Of a stretch of DNA of 64,000 bases, positions 49,164 through 62,073 are shown one piece after another; position 1 is the first letter of the stretch; every line of letters begins with the position of its first letter. Under the pieces are notes generated by a model. That model worked only from the letters and a program-made list of their open reading frames with translations, searched no databases and was not told the origin of the DNA. A program made the position numbers and the translations under genes. This DNA is from Felis catus (taxonomy: Eukaryota), in the NCBI RefSeq assembly GCF_018350175.1, contig NC_058368.1:140866001-140930000 (forward strand), written 5' to 3'.

Positions 49164-49896
49164 AAGCTTTATTTCATCTTTAGGAGGAACTGTGGAAAGA
49201 GCAGCCAACAGTTACACAGACAGTTAAGATTGTGCCTCCATAAATTCCAGGCAATATTCTAATTGTAACCCATGCTGATTAAATGTTACCACTTCACCTT
49301 CATGATTAACGAAAGTTTTCTGGCTGTTGTCAAATCTTAAGCGACAAGCTTTTAACTTCCTTCATTTCTTATCAATGAAACCCATTTGGAAGACTCGTTC
49401 AAAGCAATGTCTTTAACTGGAAAGGACTCCCTCATGCATGAATGAACAATGTGTTTCCTCAGGTCCCTAATGAAATGGGCTCTGTTTAGGATTGCAGAAA
49501 CATCTGGAATGTATGTGATAAGACAAGAGGGGAACATTATAGGGGGGAAACTCAGAAGGTTCATTTGTTTTAACGTAAGAGATGAAGAAAAGAGACAGTA
49601 AAATATAAAACTCACTAGATGGGTTTGATAGCAGCTGGGACAAGCTGAGAAAAATCTGTTCCGAAAGAAGTCAGGAGACCTGCATGTAGAATGAGATGCA
49701 CTGTGTGTTAGGCATTTTGTTTCTCCTTGTTATAAAAGACTAATATTCTCAGATACTCTGCAGAGTTTTAAAAATAGTTCTCGTGAAAACGACTCTCTCA
49801 AAAAGTGATGTCTATAAAGATGCTGTGAGGAACTGATTACTTCTATTAATTAAATGAATGTGGGTGAACAAAACTAATAATTCAGGGGAACCCTTC

Positions 49897-50204
49897 TGTT
49901 ATGAGGGATTTGTGTCCCACGCCCGCAGATTCATATGTTGAATCCTCGTCCCCAGTGTGATGGTACTTTGAGGTGGGGCTTTTGGGAAGTGATTGGGATC
50001 AGTGCCCTTATAAAAGATGCTTGAGAAAGCTTCCGGCCCCTTCTGCCGCATGAGGTCACAGTGAGAAGATGGCTCTCATCAGATACTGAATCTCCTGGAG
50101 CCATGCTCTTGGATTTCCTAGGCTCCAGCACTCTGAGATACAGATGTTTATTGTTTATAAGCCACCCGATTTGTGGCCTTTTTGTTGTAGCAACCTGCAC
50201 AGAC
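49897..50204 (+). mobile_element. MaLR LTR (MLT1A-like)
   Basis: TGTTATG..ATTCATATGTTGAATCC..GCCCTTATAAAAG..TTGTTTATAAGCCACC. Confidence 0.75.
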
Positions 50205-50280
50205 TCGCTCTCCCAAGCCTGATTCATCTGCTCATTCCCCTAGTCATTGTGTAAAGCACCTCATTTCCTGATTTCACTTC

Positions 50281-50507
50281 TTTTTTTAAAATTTTTTTTT
50301 TCAACGTTTATTTATTTTTGGGACAGAGAGAGACAGAGCATGAACGGGGGAGGGGCAGAGAGAGAGGGAGACACAGAATCGGAAACAGGCTCCAGGCTCT
50401 GAGCCATCATCAGCACAGAGCCCGACGCGGGGCTCGAACTCCCGGACCGCGAGATCGTGACCTGGCTGAAGTCGGACGCTTAACCGACTGCGCCACCCAG
50501 GCGCCCC
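50281..50507 (-). mobile_element. Young SINEC_Fc-type element
   Basis: CpG-rich near-consensus; perfect TSD CTGATTTCACTTCTTT. Confidence 0.95.
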
Positions 50508-51708
50508 TCTGATTTCACTTCTTTACGTAGGTAGATTTTAATCTACATGATACTCGGATCTTTGCTCTAATACATTCTTTTAGTCTCAGAATTTACTTCA
50601 TTTCTATGCAACAATAAATCTCACATGTACTCAGTGTTTATTACATACTAACCCCTGTGAAATGGTTTACGTTCACATAGTATCTCATTTAATCTTGCAA
50701 CAGTCCAAAGAGGAGGTAGTACGATTATCCTCATTTTACCAGTTAAGAAACTGAGGCAGAAAGAGGTTCAGTCATTTACCCAAGGTTATACAGCTGCCCA
50801 TCCATAATGGGAAACAATTCACATGGCTTTGTCAAGGTTAATCCGTGGCCACAGTGACTCATCCTATTCCTAATTATCAATCATTCTTTTATACCACAGG
50901 TTTTATGGCCCATCTCTTCTCCTCTTTACAATCCATCCTGTTCCGTCCTCTCTTCCCCCAAATTAAAAAAGTACAAAGTCTGGGAAACAAATACCTAGAT
51001 AATTGAAGGGTTTGCTTTCATTATTTGGTTTTAATGGAAAGCTCAGGGTCCTTTCCCTCATTTTTCATTTCATTTTAATTTGAAGAGCTGGTCTTTGGTA
51101 TTTCATATGTCTGCTAGGAATGAAGGCAAGTCCTTCAAACTGGGTGTTTTGCCTATCAAAACATTTTCATAATGATCCTTGGGCTAAGGTTAGATAAGAA
51201 ATCCAGCGCTGTGATGAATAAGAAGCAACAGTATCACACTCTGTCCTGGCTGAAGGACATAAAACTTGCTTTTGAGCTTTTCTTTGGCAGTTTGCAGGCA
51301 GTATTTCTAGAACAAAAGCCTCCTCCATTCGGTGCTGCAGACCATGGTGCCTGATTCACTGATGGAGTCTCTGAGCTGACTGGGTGAGCCAGAGTCCGAG
51401 GGACATGTCTCCGAAAACTAGACAGGGCACAAGAAAATCCTGGGGACCCAATACCTGGCACAGCTTGGAAACTTATTTGTATGATAAACTGAGCCTAAAT
51501 TGCCAAGGCTTCCTCTTATTGCACAAAACAGTGACAATTTTCCACTTAAAAAAAAAATCTTACCAGGCCACCAAGGCTACTGAAAAGGAGTGGTGCCTCA
51601 GAAGAGAAACCCTCGGTAGGCAGCTGCTGGTGATGTTATTATTTAAAGGAAAATTTATACTTGGCAATGCTTCTTAAACTTTAACGTGAATGTGAATCTC
51701 CTGGGGAT

Positions 51709-51935
51709 CTTTTTTTTTTTTTTTAATTTTTTTTTTCAACGTTTATTTTTGGGACAGAGAGAGACAGAGCATGAACGGGGGAGGGGCAGGGAGAGAGGGA
51801 GACACAGAATCCGAAACAGGCTCCAGGCTCTGAGCCATCAGCCCAGAGCCTGACGCGGGGCTCGAACTCCCGGACCGCGAGATCGTGACCTGGCTGAAGT
51901 CGGACGCTTAACCGACTGCGCCACCCAGGCGCCCC
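51709..51935 (-). mobile_element. Young SINEC_Fc-type element nested in a MER5A-like element (~51671-52040)
   Basis: Perfect TSD TCTCCTGGGGATCTT; flanks GAATCTCCTGGGG..CAGATTCTGATTC..TGCATTTCTAACAA. Confidence 0.93.
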
Positions 51936-52948
51936 TCTCCTGGGGATCTTATCAAAGATCAGATTCTGATTCTGGGGTGGGGTCAGAGATTTTGCATTTC
52001 TAACAACTTCCAGATGATGCTGATGTTACTGGTCCACGAACTTCAAGGATATACAGACCTGCATAGAGAAAGGAGATTACCTTTCAGTATGGCTAGCCCA
52101 CGGTTGGTCTATTTGTTTTTTATTTTCTTGAAGGCTTGTGCTGAATAATAAAGTCTACTTCGCTTTCTTTCCACCTTGTCACTTGTGTTTGGAGCAACAC
52201 AATGCAAGGGCAAGCTGGAACTTGTGAACAGCAGACACATTAATAAAAGAAAGCTCCAGAGGGAGAACCCACGACCAGCCTGTTGCCATGACGCCAGGTT
52301 AATGACACTGCGCTGGAAGAGTGATTCTCCCTGGACTAGGGATCAAGTGACACCATCTTAATTGCCCATGGAAAAGACTGCCCCTTTTCTAGCAAACAAT
52401 TATTTCCTGATCAATACCCCTGTCTTGTTAAATACACTTTCTGACCATTTATAACTAAACATCTGATACACTTTCCCCGAGAAGGAGAACACCTTCTCAG
52501 TTACCGCTACTCACCAGCAGCCCCGACCCACAGAGCACACAAAAGCTTCTACGGGTAGCCAGTCTCAATTGTTTGAAACTCCTCATTATTTGTTATGCTT
52601 CGGTGACTTTTGACTATAGATGGAGAAATAAGAAGGGCCCACAACTTCCCTTCTAGCAACTTGTTTTATGCTTACGGTTAAAGCCTCAGCTTGGGGGAAG
52701 GAAAGTGGATTGTCTCAAGCCCTCTCCGGAGGCATCGCCTAACCTCGGCCGCTGCCCCTTGCCAGTCCTCATCACCCTACTCACTTCGCATTTGGTTGTG
52801 GCCCAGAGGACTCATGGACTGCTGTCCCACCTGACACCGGATGAGATACGGGTTAGGAGAGCAGTGCATCTCTCACTTCCCCTTTTGGTTCTCTATTTTA
52901 CTTCCCCCCGTAACATCATCACACTGCACTGAAAATTTTATTAATGAG

Positions 52949-53372
52949 TGTCCTGGGTTGAATAGTGTCCCCTGAATTAATATCTACCAAGTACCTCACA
53001 GTGGAATCTTGCTTGGAAATAGAGTCTTTGTAGAAATAATTAGTTAAGACGAGGTCACGGTCAGCATGAGCCCCAAATCCAATCGCTGTGTCCTTATAAG
53101 AGGAAAGGGCACACACGTACTCCCAGAAGAGGGCCACGTGACAGTGGAGGCAGAAATTGGATGCCATCCGAGGAATTCCAAAGATTGCCAGCAACTACCA
53201 GAAGTGAGGGAAGGACAAGGAAGGATTCTCCACCAGAACCTTTAGAGCTGTTGGTATGGCCAATAACTTGATTTCAGAGTCCTAGCCTCCAGAATGATGA
53301 GAGAATAAATTTCTATTGTTCAAAACCCCCCAGTTTATGGTACTTCATCACAGCACCCATAGGAAAATAATG
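52949..53372 (+). mobile_element. MaLR LTR (MLT1B/C-like)
   Basis: TGTCCTGGGTTGAATAGTGTCCC..GGAAATAGAGTCTTTG..GTCCTTATAAGA..GAGAATAAATTTCT. Confidence 0.78.
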
Positions 53373-53855
53373 AGTGAGGGAAATCAAAGGAGTTAAAAGG
53401 TATGCTGGAAAGAATTTAAAACTGTGGGGAAATTTGACTTACAGTCTAAAGAAAAAGGCTCTGGGAATTAAGCCCTTCATAGAGTTCCATTTCCTCACTT
53501 TGTCAATGGGTCAAGTCTGGGCTTTCCACGGGAACACCTTCTTCAAACCTCTACAGTTCAAATCCCATCCACCTCTTGGGAAATCTCACAAACAATCATT
53601 TGGGATTGGTTTGCCAATTTTAAGCCCAATACCAGAAGCAGAAGCAGATGCCGCAGCCATAACCAGCTCCCACAATTGTATAATGTCTAATCCCTATGTA
53701 TAACTCATGGTGGTTCTGTTTCTCCTATTGAATGGTAATCAATCCAGAATTTTCGTACCAGATATGAGGTATCCTGGTTACCTAGTGCTGTGTAACAAAA
53801 CATCCCAACACTTTTTCTTCAAGGAGAATTATTGTTTTTTAAATGTTTACTTATT

Positions 53856-54064
53856 GGGGCACCTGGGTGGCTCAGTTGGTTGAGCGTCCAACTCAGCTCA
53901 GGTCATGATCTCACAGCTCATGAGTTCAAGCCCCGCATTAGGCTCTGTGCTGACAGTTCAGAACCTGGAGCCTGCTTTGGATTCTGTGTCTCCCTCTCTC
54001 TCTGCCCCTAACCCACTCACATTCTGTCTCTGTCTCTCTCAAAAATAAATAAGCATTAAAAATA
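53856..54064 (+). mobile_element. Can-SINE inserted in the tail of an opposite-strand SINE
   Basis: TSD TTTAAATGTTTA(C/T)TTATT at 53838-53855 and 54065-54082. Confidence 0.9.
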
Positions 54065-54085
54065 TTTAAATGTTTATTTATTTAT

Positions 54086-54129
<44 letters not shown>

Positions 54130-54292
54130 TGAGACGGGTAGAGAGAGAGGGAGAGAGAGAGAGAATTCCAAGCAGGTTCTGCTCTGTCAGCACAGAGCCC
54201 AACGTGGGGCTCAATTCCACAAACTGTGAGATGATGACTTGAGCAGAAATCAAGAGTCAGACGATTAACCGACTGAGCTACCCAGGTGCCCC
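54065..54292 (-). mobile_element. Can-SINE (host of the previous element)
   Basis: Outer TSD AACATCCCAACACTT at 53799-53813 and 54293-54307. Confidence 0.9.
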
Positions 54293-54892
54293 AACATCCC
54301 AACACTTATTGGCTTAAAACAATAATAGTCATTTTATTAAATCTCATTATTACTGTGGGTTGGGTATTTGGCAAGTACTTAGTGTGGTAGTTCTGTCTTG
54401 GTCCTTACTTTTCGACTTCTGCTAATGGTCTACTCAACACCCTTCTGGTTCTGGCCACCAATGCCAATGGCAAATGCCACTTGTTTTAGGGTTTTGTTAT
54501 AGCAGCATTCAACTTCCAGGTACCAAATCTTCTTCTGGTATCTATTACTGACTTAAAAATCACCCCAAGACATCAATAATTATTCCATTATCTCTCATAG
54601 TTTCTGTGTATGAGGGATTTGGGAAGGACCCAACTACCAGGTTCTGGCACAGGGTTTTCATGTGGTTGCAATCAGATGATGGCTGGAACTGGAAGAGCAG
54701 GGAAATGGAGCAGCTGGGGGCTGGCCAAGCATCTCTCTCTTTACCTGTAGTCCCAGGGCCTCTTCATATGGTCTCTGCATGGACCACCTGAGAGCATTGT
54801 GGCCTTTTGGCAGTGAGCCATTCATATTCTGGGTGAAGTCTTTGACATCAAGGGGCCCAGTGAATAAGGCAACACATTTAATGACTTAGCTT

Positions 54893-54922
54893 CTTTCCTT
54901 CTTTCTTTTCTTCTTTCTTTCT

Positions 54923-54957
<35 letters not shown>

Positions 54958-54960
54958 CTC
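54893..54960. repeat. (TTTC)n microsatellite, probably a decayed poly(A) tail
   Basis: Directly abuts the TSD copy at 54882-54892. Confidence 0.85.
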
Positions 54961-55068
54961 TCTCGTGAGAGAAATGAATTTATTTGAAAAAATAGATGTT
55001 GAGGTGTTCAGACAAAAGCTTTCATGGGTACTTAGAATTATAGCATGTACATGGGAGTGTTTGCTTTC

Positions 55069-56506
55069 TTTTTTTATTATTTTTTTAAAATTTATATCCA
55101 AGTTAGTTAGCATATAGTGCAACAATGATTTCAGGAGTAGATTCCTTAATGCCCCTTACCCATTTAGCCCATCCTCCCTTCAAACCCCTCCGGTAACCCT
55201 CTGTTCTCCATATTTTAGAGTCTCTTATGTTTTTGTCCCCCTCCCTGTTTTTATATTATTTTCGCTTTCCTTCCCTTATGTTCATCTGTTTTGTCTCCTA
55301 AAGTCCTCATATGAGTGGAGTCATATGATATTTGTCTTTCTATGACTGAGTAATTTCACTTAGCATAATACCCTCTAGTTCCATCCACGTAGTTGCAAAT
55401 GGCAAGATTTCATTCTTTTTGATTGCCAAGTAATGCTCCATTGTATATACATACCACATCTTCTTTATCCATTCATCCATCGATGGACATTTGGGCCCTT
55501 TCCATACTTTGGCTATTGTCAATAGTGCTGCTGTAAACATGGGGGTGCATGTGCCCCTTCGAAACAGCATATGTATCCCTTGGATAAATACCTAGCAGTG
55601 CAATTGCTGGGTCGTAGTGTAGTTCTATTTTTAGTTTTTTGAGGAACCTCCATACTGTATTCCAGAGTGATTGTACCAGCTTGCATTCCCACCAGCAATG
55701 CAAAAGAGATTCTGTTTCTCTGTATCCTTGCCGACATCTGTTGTTGCCTGAGTTGTTAATGTTAGCCATTCTGACAGGTGTGAGGTAGTATCTCTTTGTA
55801 GTTTTGATTTGTATTTCCCTGATGATGACTGATGTTGAGCATTTTTTCATATGTTGATTGGCCATCTGGATATCTTCTTTGGAAAAGTGTCTATTCATGC
55901 CTTTTGCCCATTTCTTCCCTGGATTTTTTGTGTTTTGGGTGTTGAGTTTGATAAGTTCTTTATAGATTTTGAATACTAACCCTGTATCTGATATGTCATT
56001 TGCAAATATCTTCTCCTATTCTGTCAGTTGCCTTTTAGTTTTGCTGATTGTTTCCTTCCCTGTGCAGAAGCTTTTTATTTTCATGAGATCCCAATAGTTC
56101 GTTTTTGCTTTTGTTTCCCATGCCTCTGGAGACGTGTTGAGTAAGATGTTGCTGTGGCCAAGATCAAAGAGGTTTTTTCCTGCTTTCTCCTCAAAGATTT
56201 TGATGGCTTCTTGTCTTAGATTTTGGTCTTTTATCCATTTTGAGTTTATTTTTGTGTATGGTGTAAGAAAGTGGTCCAGGTTCATTTTTCTGCATGTTGC
56301 TGTCCAGTTTTCCCAGCACCACTTGCTGAAGAGACTATCTTTATTCCATTGGATATTCTTTCCTGCTTTGTCACAGATTAGTTGGCCATACGTTTGTGGG
56401 TCCATTTCTGCGTTCTGTATTCTGTTCTACTGATCTAAGTGTCTGTTTTTGTGCCAGTACCATACTGTCTTGATGATTACAGCTTTGTAATACAGCTTGA
56501 AGTCTG
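55069..56506 (-). mobile_element. 5'-truncated carnivore/felid L1 (ORF2 C-terminus remnant and 3' UTR)
   Basis: Frameshifted ORF2 peptides ([58 protein letters not shown]); 3' UTR and A tail at 55069-55090. Confidence 0.95.
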
Positions 56507-56660
56507 TGACTTAGCTTATTTTTGTCCTAAGAATATAATGTCTTCTCTTCCTTCTCCAAAGATATTAATAATACCTTTTTTCCTTGTTAGTTTTCATCTC
56601 CTTCCATAGTTTGTTTCCTCCAAATTTTTTTGTTTGCTCTCTTTCATAAGTGTCATTATT

Positions 56661-56853
56661 ATTTTTTTTAATTTTACTTGAGAGAGAAAGTGAGAGAGTA
56701 GGAGTGAGCAGGAGAGAGGGGCAGAGGGAGAGAGAGAATCTCAAGCAGGCTCCATGCTCAGCACGGAGCCTGACACAGGGCTTAATCCCACAATCCTGGT
56801 ATCATGACCTAAGCTGAAATCAAGAGTCAAATGCTCAACTGCCTGAGTACCCC
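56661..56853 (-). mobile_element. Can-SINE
   Basis: Flanking CATAA(G/A)TGTCATTATT repeats. Confidence 0.85.
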
Positions 56854-56932
56854 TATTTTTTAAATCATAAATGTCATTATTTTAATTGGTATCCATTTTA
56901 TTAATTCTGAGGTTAAACCTTTAAAAGCTGTT

Positions 56933-57146
56933 GGGGCTCCTGGGTCGTTCAGTTGATTAAGTGTCCAACTTTGGCTCAGGTCATGATCTCATGGTTTGTG
57001 AGTTTGAGCCCCATGTTGAGCTCTGTTCTGATAGCTTAGCATCTGGAGCCTGCTTTGGATTCTGCATCTCCCTGTCTCTCTGCCTCTCCCCTGCTCACAC
57101 TCTGTCTCTGTCTCTCAAAAATAAATAAACATTGGGAAAAAAAAAT
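56933..57146 (+). mobile_element. Can-SINE
   Basis: TSD TTAAAAGCTGTT. Confidence 0.88.
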
Positions 57147-57201
57147 TAAAAGCTGTTTATTGATCACATGCATTTTTATCTTTTTTGAATTGCCTTTTCA
57201 T

Positions 57202-57453
57202 TTCATTTCTTTCTTTTCTCCTTCCTTCCTTCCTTCCTTCCTTCCTTCCTTCCTTCCTTCCTTCTTTCTTTTGTCAGAGAGAGAGAGGGAGAGCATGGGA
57301 GGGGCAGGGAGAGGGGCAGAGAAAGAGAATCCCAAGCAGGGTCCACACCAAGCACAGAGCCCAACTCAGAGCTCTCTCCTATAGACGTGATATCATGACC
57401 TGAGCTAAAACCAAGAGTTGGACACTGAACTAATAGAGCCACCCAGGTGCCCC
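57202..57453 (-). mobile_element. Can-SINE with (TTCC)n tail
   Basis: TSD CCTTTTCATTTC; head ends GAGCCACCCAGGTGCCCC. Confidence 0.88.
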
Positions 57454-60018
57454 AACCTTTTCATTTCTTTTGCCCATTTCCCTATTGTGGTGATTGTCTT
57501 TTTTTAAGGTTTTAAAGAAGTCTTTATATGCTAATGACACTGTTTGCCATTTATACTGTACATATTATTCTCCCATTAGTTGTCATATTTTCCAAGCTAA
57601 AAAGTAGGATAAATGCTATGAAAAAGGATGTTTTCCTGATTTTTAAATGTATATATATTTAAAGATTTATAACAATCTATAAAAATAAATTACAGTTACA
57701 ATTTAATAATTCACCTTTAAAGAAAATAATAAAAACTCCTGAAATTAGAACTGTTCCTGAAGATCCATACCCGTTAAATAATGGTTTTCATTTCTGCTCG
57801 CACATCAGAATCACTTGGGGAACTTTCAAAAGTACTGATGCCTGGGTCCTAGCCATACCAAAGATTGGTCTGGAGATGCTAATGTGCAGCCAGCAGTGAA
57901 AATCTTTGCTATATGTAATCAGTACTCTTGATCAGAGCTGGCTTCCTGTGGGTCAAGATTCCTTCCAGAGAACTGGGCGCTGAGCATGGCTCTTGGGTCT
58001 TATCCTTCCTGGGTTCTTCTGAGCAGCCTCTTTATTGATAGGTTGCAAAAAGTCCATTTGCTCATATGCACCTCCTCACCCTCTTTTGTCACTAGCTGCC
58101 TGAAATTCTCAATATCATGGTCAGTCCTTAAGGTTTCTTCTCTTAAGATGTCCTGTTGCTTGAGAGTTGAACACACTGGTTACCTAGTTCCTTGTTACCC
58201 AAAGTGGTGTTCTGGACCAGCAGGCCCCCAGCTCTAACCCCAGACCTAATGAATCAGAGTCTGCATTTAAATCAAATTCCCAGATGATTCATATGCACAT
58301 TAAAGCTTGAGAAAGACAAATCCACAGGCAATTGTCCACAAGGATGTAAACTACAGTAGGGCAGGGACCTTGTCTATCTTGTCCACCGCTGTGCTTTCAG
58401 ACCTACAATTACATATGTTGAATGAATGGATTTGCTTATTAAAGGAAGTTAAACATGTGCTATAATATGAGTCATATAATATGTGTCAACAAAGCTTTCT
58501 TTGGGTGCGACTGTGATAGGCAGAATCATATTGTGGATATATTTTGTTCAATGTAGCATAATATTTATATATGCTATATTAGTATGACTTGAGTTGTACT
58601 AGGTATAGTGACTTATTACTACTATTTGTATTTTTTTAACACTTCCTAAAAGACTTTCATGTGTCTTTATTTATTCTCTACAGTGTGCAAGGACTCAACT
58701 CTGTGAACCAAGAGAACATGGGTATCTTCACTTAATACAAGGGCAAACACAAGATTGAAAGATTTGTGCAAGCTTGCTAGTGAGTTACTGCCAAAGTAGA
58801 ATTTGTACTTGAAACTCCCAAGTTTCCAGACTACTGGCTAACCACCTCTCATGGAATGTATCTAGAACTCAGCATTGTGTAATGCTAATTATGTTCAAAC
58901 TTCTGTACCAAGAACATGAAAGAATTGTAATATCGGTAATAAAACGTTTTCATTTAAAGGCATTCCCCCTAGTTTTATATACTAATATGTTTGGATTTAA
59001 GTAACTAATTAAAGTCTACAGTAAAACCCCAAAATGAAGATTGACAATACACACCTGTAAGGATTTCATGAAGTAAACTTGAAATAAAATTGTATTGGGT
59101 ATTCATCAGAAAACTAACATGAAATTGCTTTGCCTTTTATAGCTCTATATCTTTATGAACTGGGAAGAGAACACATTCTATTTTGTGGAACTGTCACTTT
59201 ATTTTTTGCCTCAGAAAATAACCCTTCATTCCTTTTTGATGACACCCAGAATAATCTCTGATCATATAATTTATTTCTCGGTTCACCAGAGGATATTTGT
59301 AGCGAAGTGAACTTCAGAGATGGATGTTTAGGATAATGTTATGACGTTAGAGGCAAAGTAGATAAGAGGCATTTGGAAGGAATTCATGACAATGTGATAA
59401 TCTTTCATAAATGATTCCTTCCTCGCCTATTTTTAGATAGAAATGCCATTAGATGCATTCAATTATCTTCAACAGACTCTATTGTTTAAACCCAAGAGTG
59501 AGAACTGCTTTTTAGTTGTCTTCATATCCCTCAGAATTTTGTATGTGACACTGCCTTGTATTTAAGAGGAGTTCCACAAATATTTGTTTAATTGAATTAC
59601 TCACCTGTACTGTGAGACACCATGTTTATGTTCTTTAGATGTAGAACCCCCAAAACCTAAAGTAATAATGATAAACACTAAACTCAATCCAGGTTCTTAA
59701 AACTATCCTCAAATAGCTTAAAAAGGGGGTGTTCTTAAACTGTAAATTTAACTTCTACAAATCTGCCCTTAGAGTGAACACCAGCATCATTTTCTCCCTA
59801 GAGCTTTCTTCATCCCTCTACCCTTGGTCAAAGTAGAAAGACAATTTTGGACATGGTGAGTGGGTCATGCACCACAGATCTGGATATGTTTTATTCTAGA
59901 AATGAGTGACAAACGTAAGCAAAGTTTTACCTGAAGAGACGTGGAAAGAAAAAACAATGCAACAATGTCCTCCATATATTGAGAACGTGTAAGTATTGGG
60001 TGCTATACTGAATTCTTC

Positions 60019-60208
60019 TTGAAAAAATTTTTTTAATTTTAATTAGAGAGAGAGTGCATTTGTGCATGTGGGGCGGAGGGGGGGGGGAGCGAATCTTAAG
60101 CAGACTCCATGGAGCCTGATGTGGGGCTTGATCCAATGACCTTGGGATCATGACCTGAGCCAAAATCAAGAGTTGGATGTTCAACTGAGTGAGGCACCCA
60201 GGTGCCCC
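60019..60208 (-). mobile_element. Can-SINE
   Basis: TSD ATACTGAAT; head ends CACCCAGGTGCCCC. Confidence 0.85.
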
Positions 60209-61189
60209 ATACTGAATCCTTTATAAAAGACAAACTCCACTATTACTGCCTTCTATTTACAGATAAGGACGATGGGGAAGCTGAGACAAAGAACTTTTGA
60301 GTAACTCTTCTGAGCTAGTGAGTGGCAAGACTGGGATTTGAACTCAGGCTGTATGGCTCCAGACTCATCACTCTCTATGGTATGCTGCCTCTCCAAAATG
60401 ATTGTTAAAGTTTCTTTTTCTTGTATAATGAATTAAGACCTTTTCCACACCCATTTAGAACTGATTTGTCCTGCATCCCATCCCTCTTTCACTGGATAAG
60501 CTTATTCATAAAACCTATCATTAAAAACCCACACCCTAAAATGAGCATGATAGGCAAACAGTTTAAGGGATTCCAATAGCAATTAGCTTTCCCCAAATAG
60601 CACATTTTTTTTTTAGCAAGGACTCAGAAAAGCCAAGGAAGTCGTGCTAAATCACCATGATATTAGTGGGCCAAGATGTTTCTGAACAAATGGGATGCTC
60701 TAAGGGTACCCATGCAAATGGTTTCTCTCTTTGGACTACATGATGACTAATGTTCCTTCCTTGCCTATACCACCTATCTTGGCTTATCACTGTTTCTGGG
60801 GGACGTGGGGAGGACATGTAACTCCCCAGGCCTCCATGATATTCATCTACAATTCTGGGCAGCTCTTGAAGCAAGTGTGAAGGACTAAAAGGTCAATAAA
60901 GTAAAACACATATATGTAGTGACAAAGCAAGACACAACTGATAGAAAATAATGCAAAGAAATTTCATGAAGCTCAAATAAATGGACAAACGATATAGGCA
61001 TTTGTTGGTCCTCCTTGGTGTGACAAATGAAACAGGCATTAACATGGAGGACAAAGCCCATTGTAGCTCTTTGTCAATGATCCGGTAGAGTACTGGCTTC
61101 TACTCCTGACCAGAGATCACCCTTTTCTATACAATAAATACTTGTAGAGTACCTACTATGTGCTGGACACTTTCTAGACATTGGAATTA

Positions 61190-61547
61190 TGTCTTAGTTC
61201 ATTTGGGCTGCTATAAGAAAAATGCCAGAAGCCAAGTATAAGCCACAAAAATTTATTTCTCATGTTCCAGAGGCTAGAAAGTTGAAGATCAAGCACTGGC
61301 TGATTCCATATCTGGTGAGGTCCACTTCCTGGTTTATGGATGACCTTCTTTTCATTATAACCTCACATGGTGGAAGGGGTGAGCTAGCTCCCAGGGTCTC
61401 TTTTGTAAGGCCACTAATGCCAAACATGAGGGCTCTGCCCTCATGACCTAATCACCTCCTGAAGGCCCCCACCTCCCACTACCATCACCTTGAAGGTTAA
61501 GATTTCAACATATGAATGTAGGGGGGCACAAACATTTAGTCTGTAGT
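61190..61547 (-). mobile_element. MaLR LTR (MLT1A-like)
   Basis: TGTCTTAGTTCATTTGGGCTGCTATAA..CCCTCATGACCTAATCACCTCC..ATTTCAACATATGAAT. Confidence 0.8.
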
Positions 61548-61853
61548 GGTATAAACAGAACTAACAAAGATCCTTGTCCTCCCAGAGTTCATATTCTTTT
61601 CATCTTTCTTTTTCATATTCATTTTAAAAGGAGCCACTGTTCTTTTTGTTCGGATGTTTCTTTATATTTTTAGTCCTCTTAGTGGGTAAAATGTGGCAGA
61701 TTGCATAAAATAGAGCAACAAAGGTATTAAACCACAAATGGCCCAAATCCCCGACCGTTAATAGCACAGGAGACATCTGAGATTGCATGAGTGTGAGGTA
61801 AGGCCCCGAGGCATCGCATGGGCCAACTTCTGCATTAGTACTGCTTCAGGTTT

Positions 61854-62073
61854 GGGGCGCGTGGGTGGCTCAGTCGGTTGGTCGTCTGACTTCCGCTCAG
61901 GTCATGATCTCACGGTCCAGTGAGTTCGAGCCCCGCGTCGGGCTCTGGGCTGACGGCTCAGAGCCTGGAGCCTGTTTCCGATTCTGTGTCTCCCTCTCTC
62001 TCTGACCCTCCCCTGCTCATGCTCTGTCTCTCTCTGTCTCAAAAATGAATAAAACGTTAAAAAAAAAAAAAAA
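61854..62073 (+). mobile_element. Young SINEC_Fc-type element
   Basis: Perfect TSD AGTACTGCTTCAGGTT; clean A tail. Confidence 0.94.

Noticed and set aside
55340..56433. ORFs resembling a reverse-transcriptase-associated protein
   Set aside because: Frameshifted C-terminal remnant of L1 ORF2 in a 5'-truncated copy; not functional.
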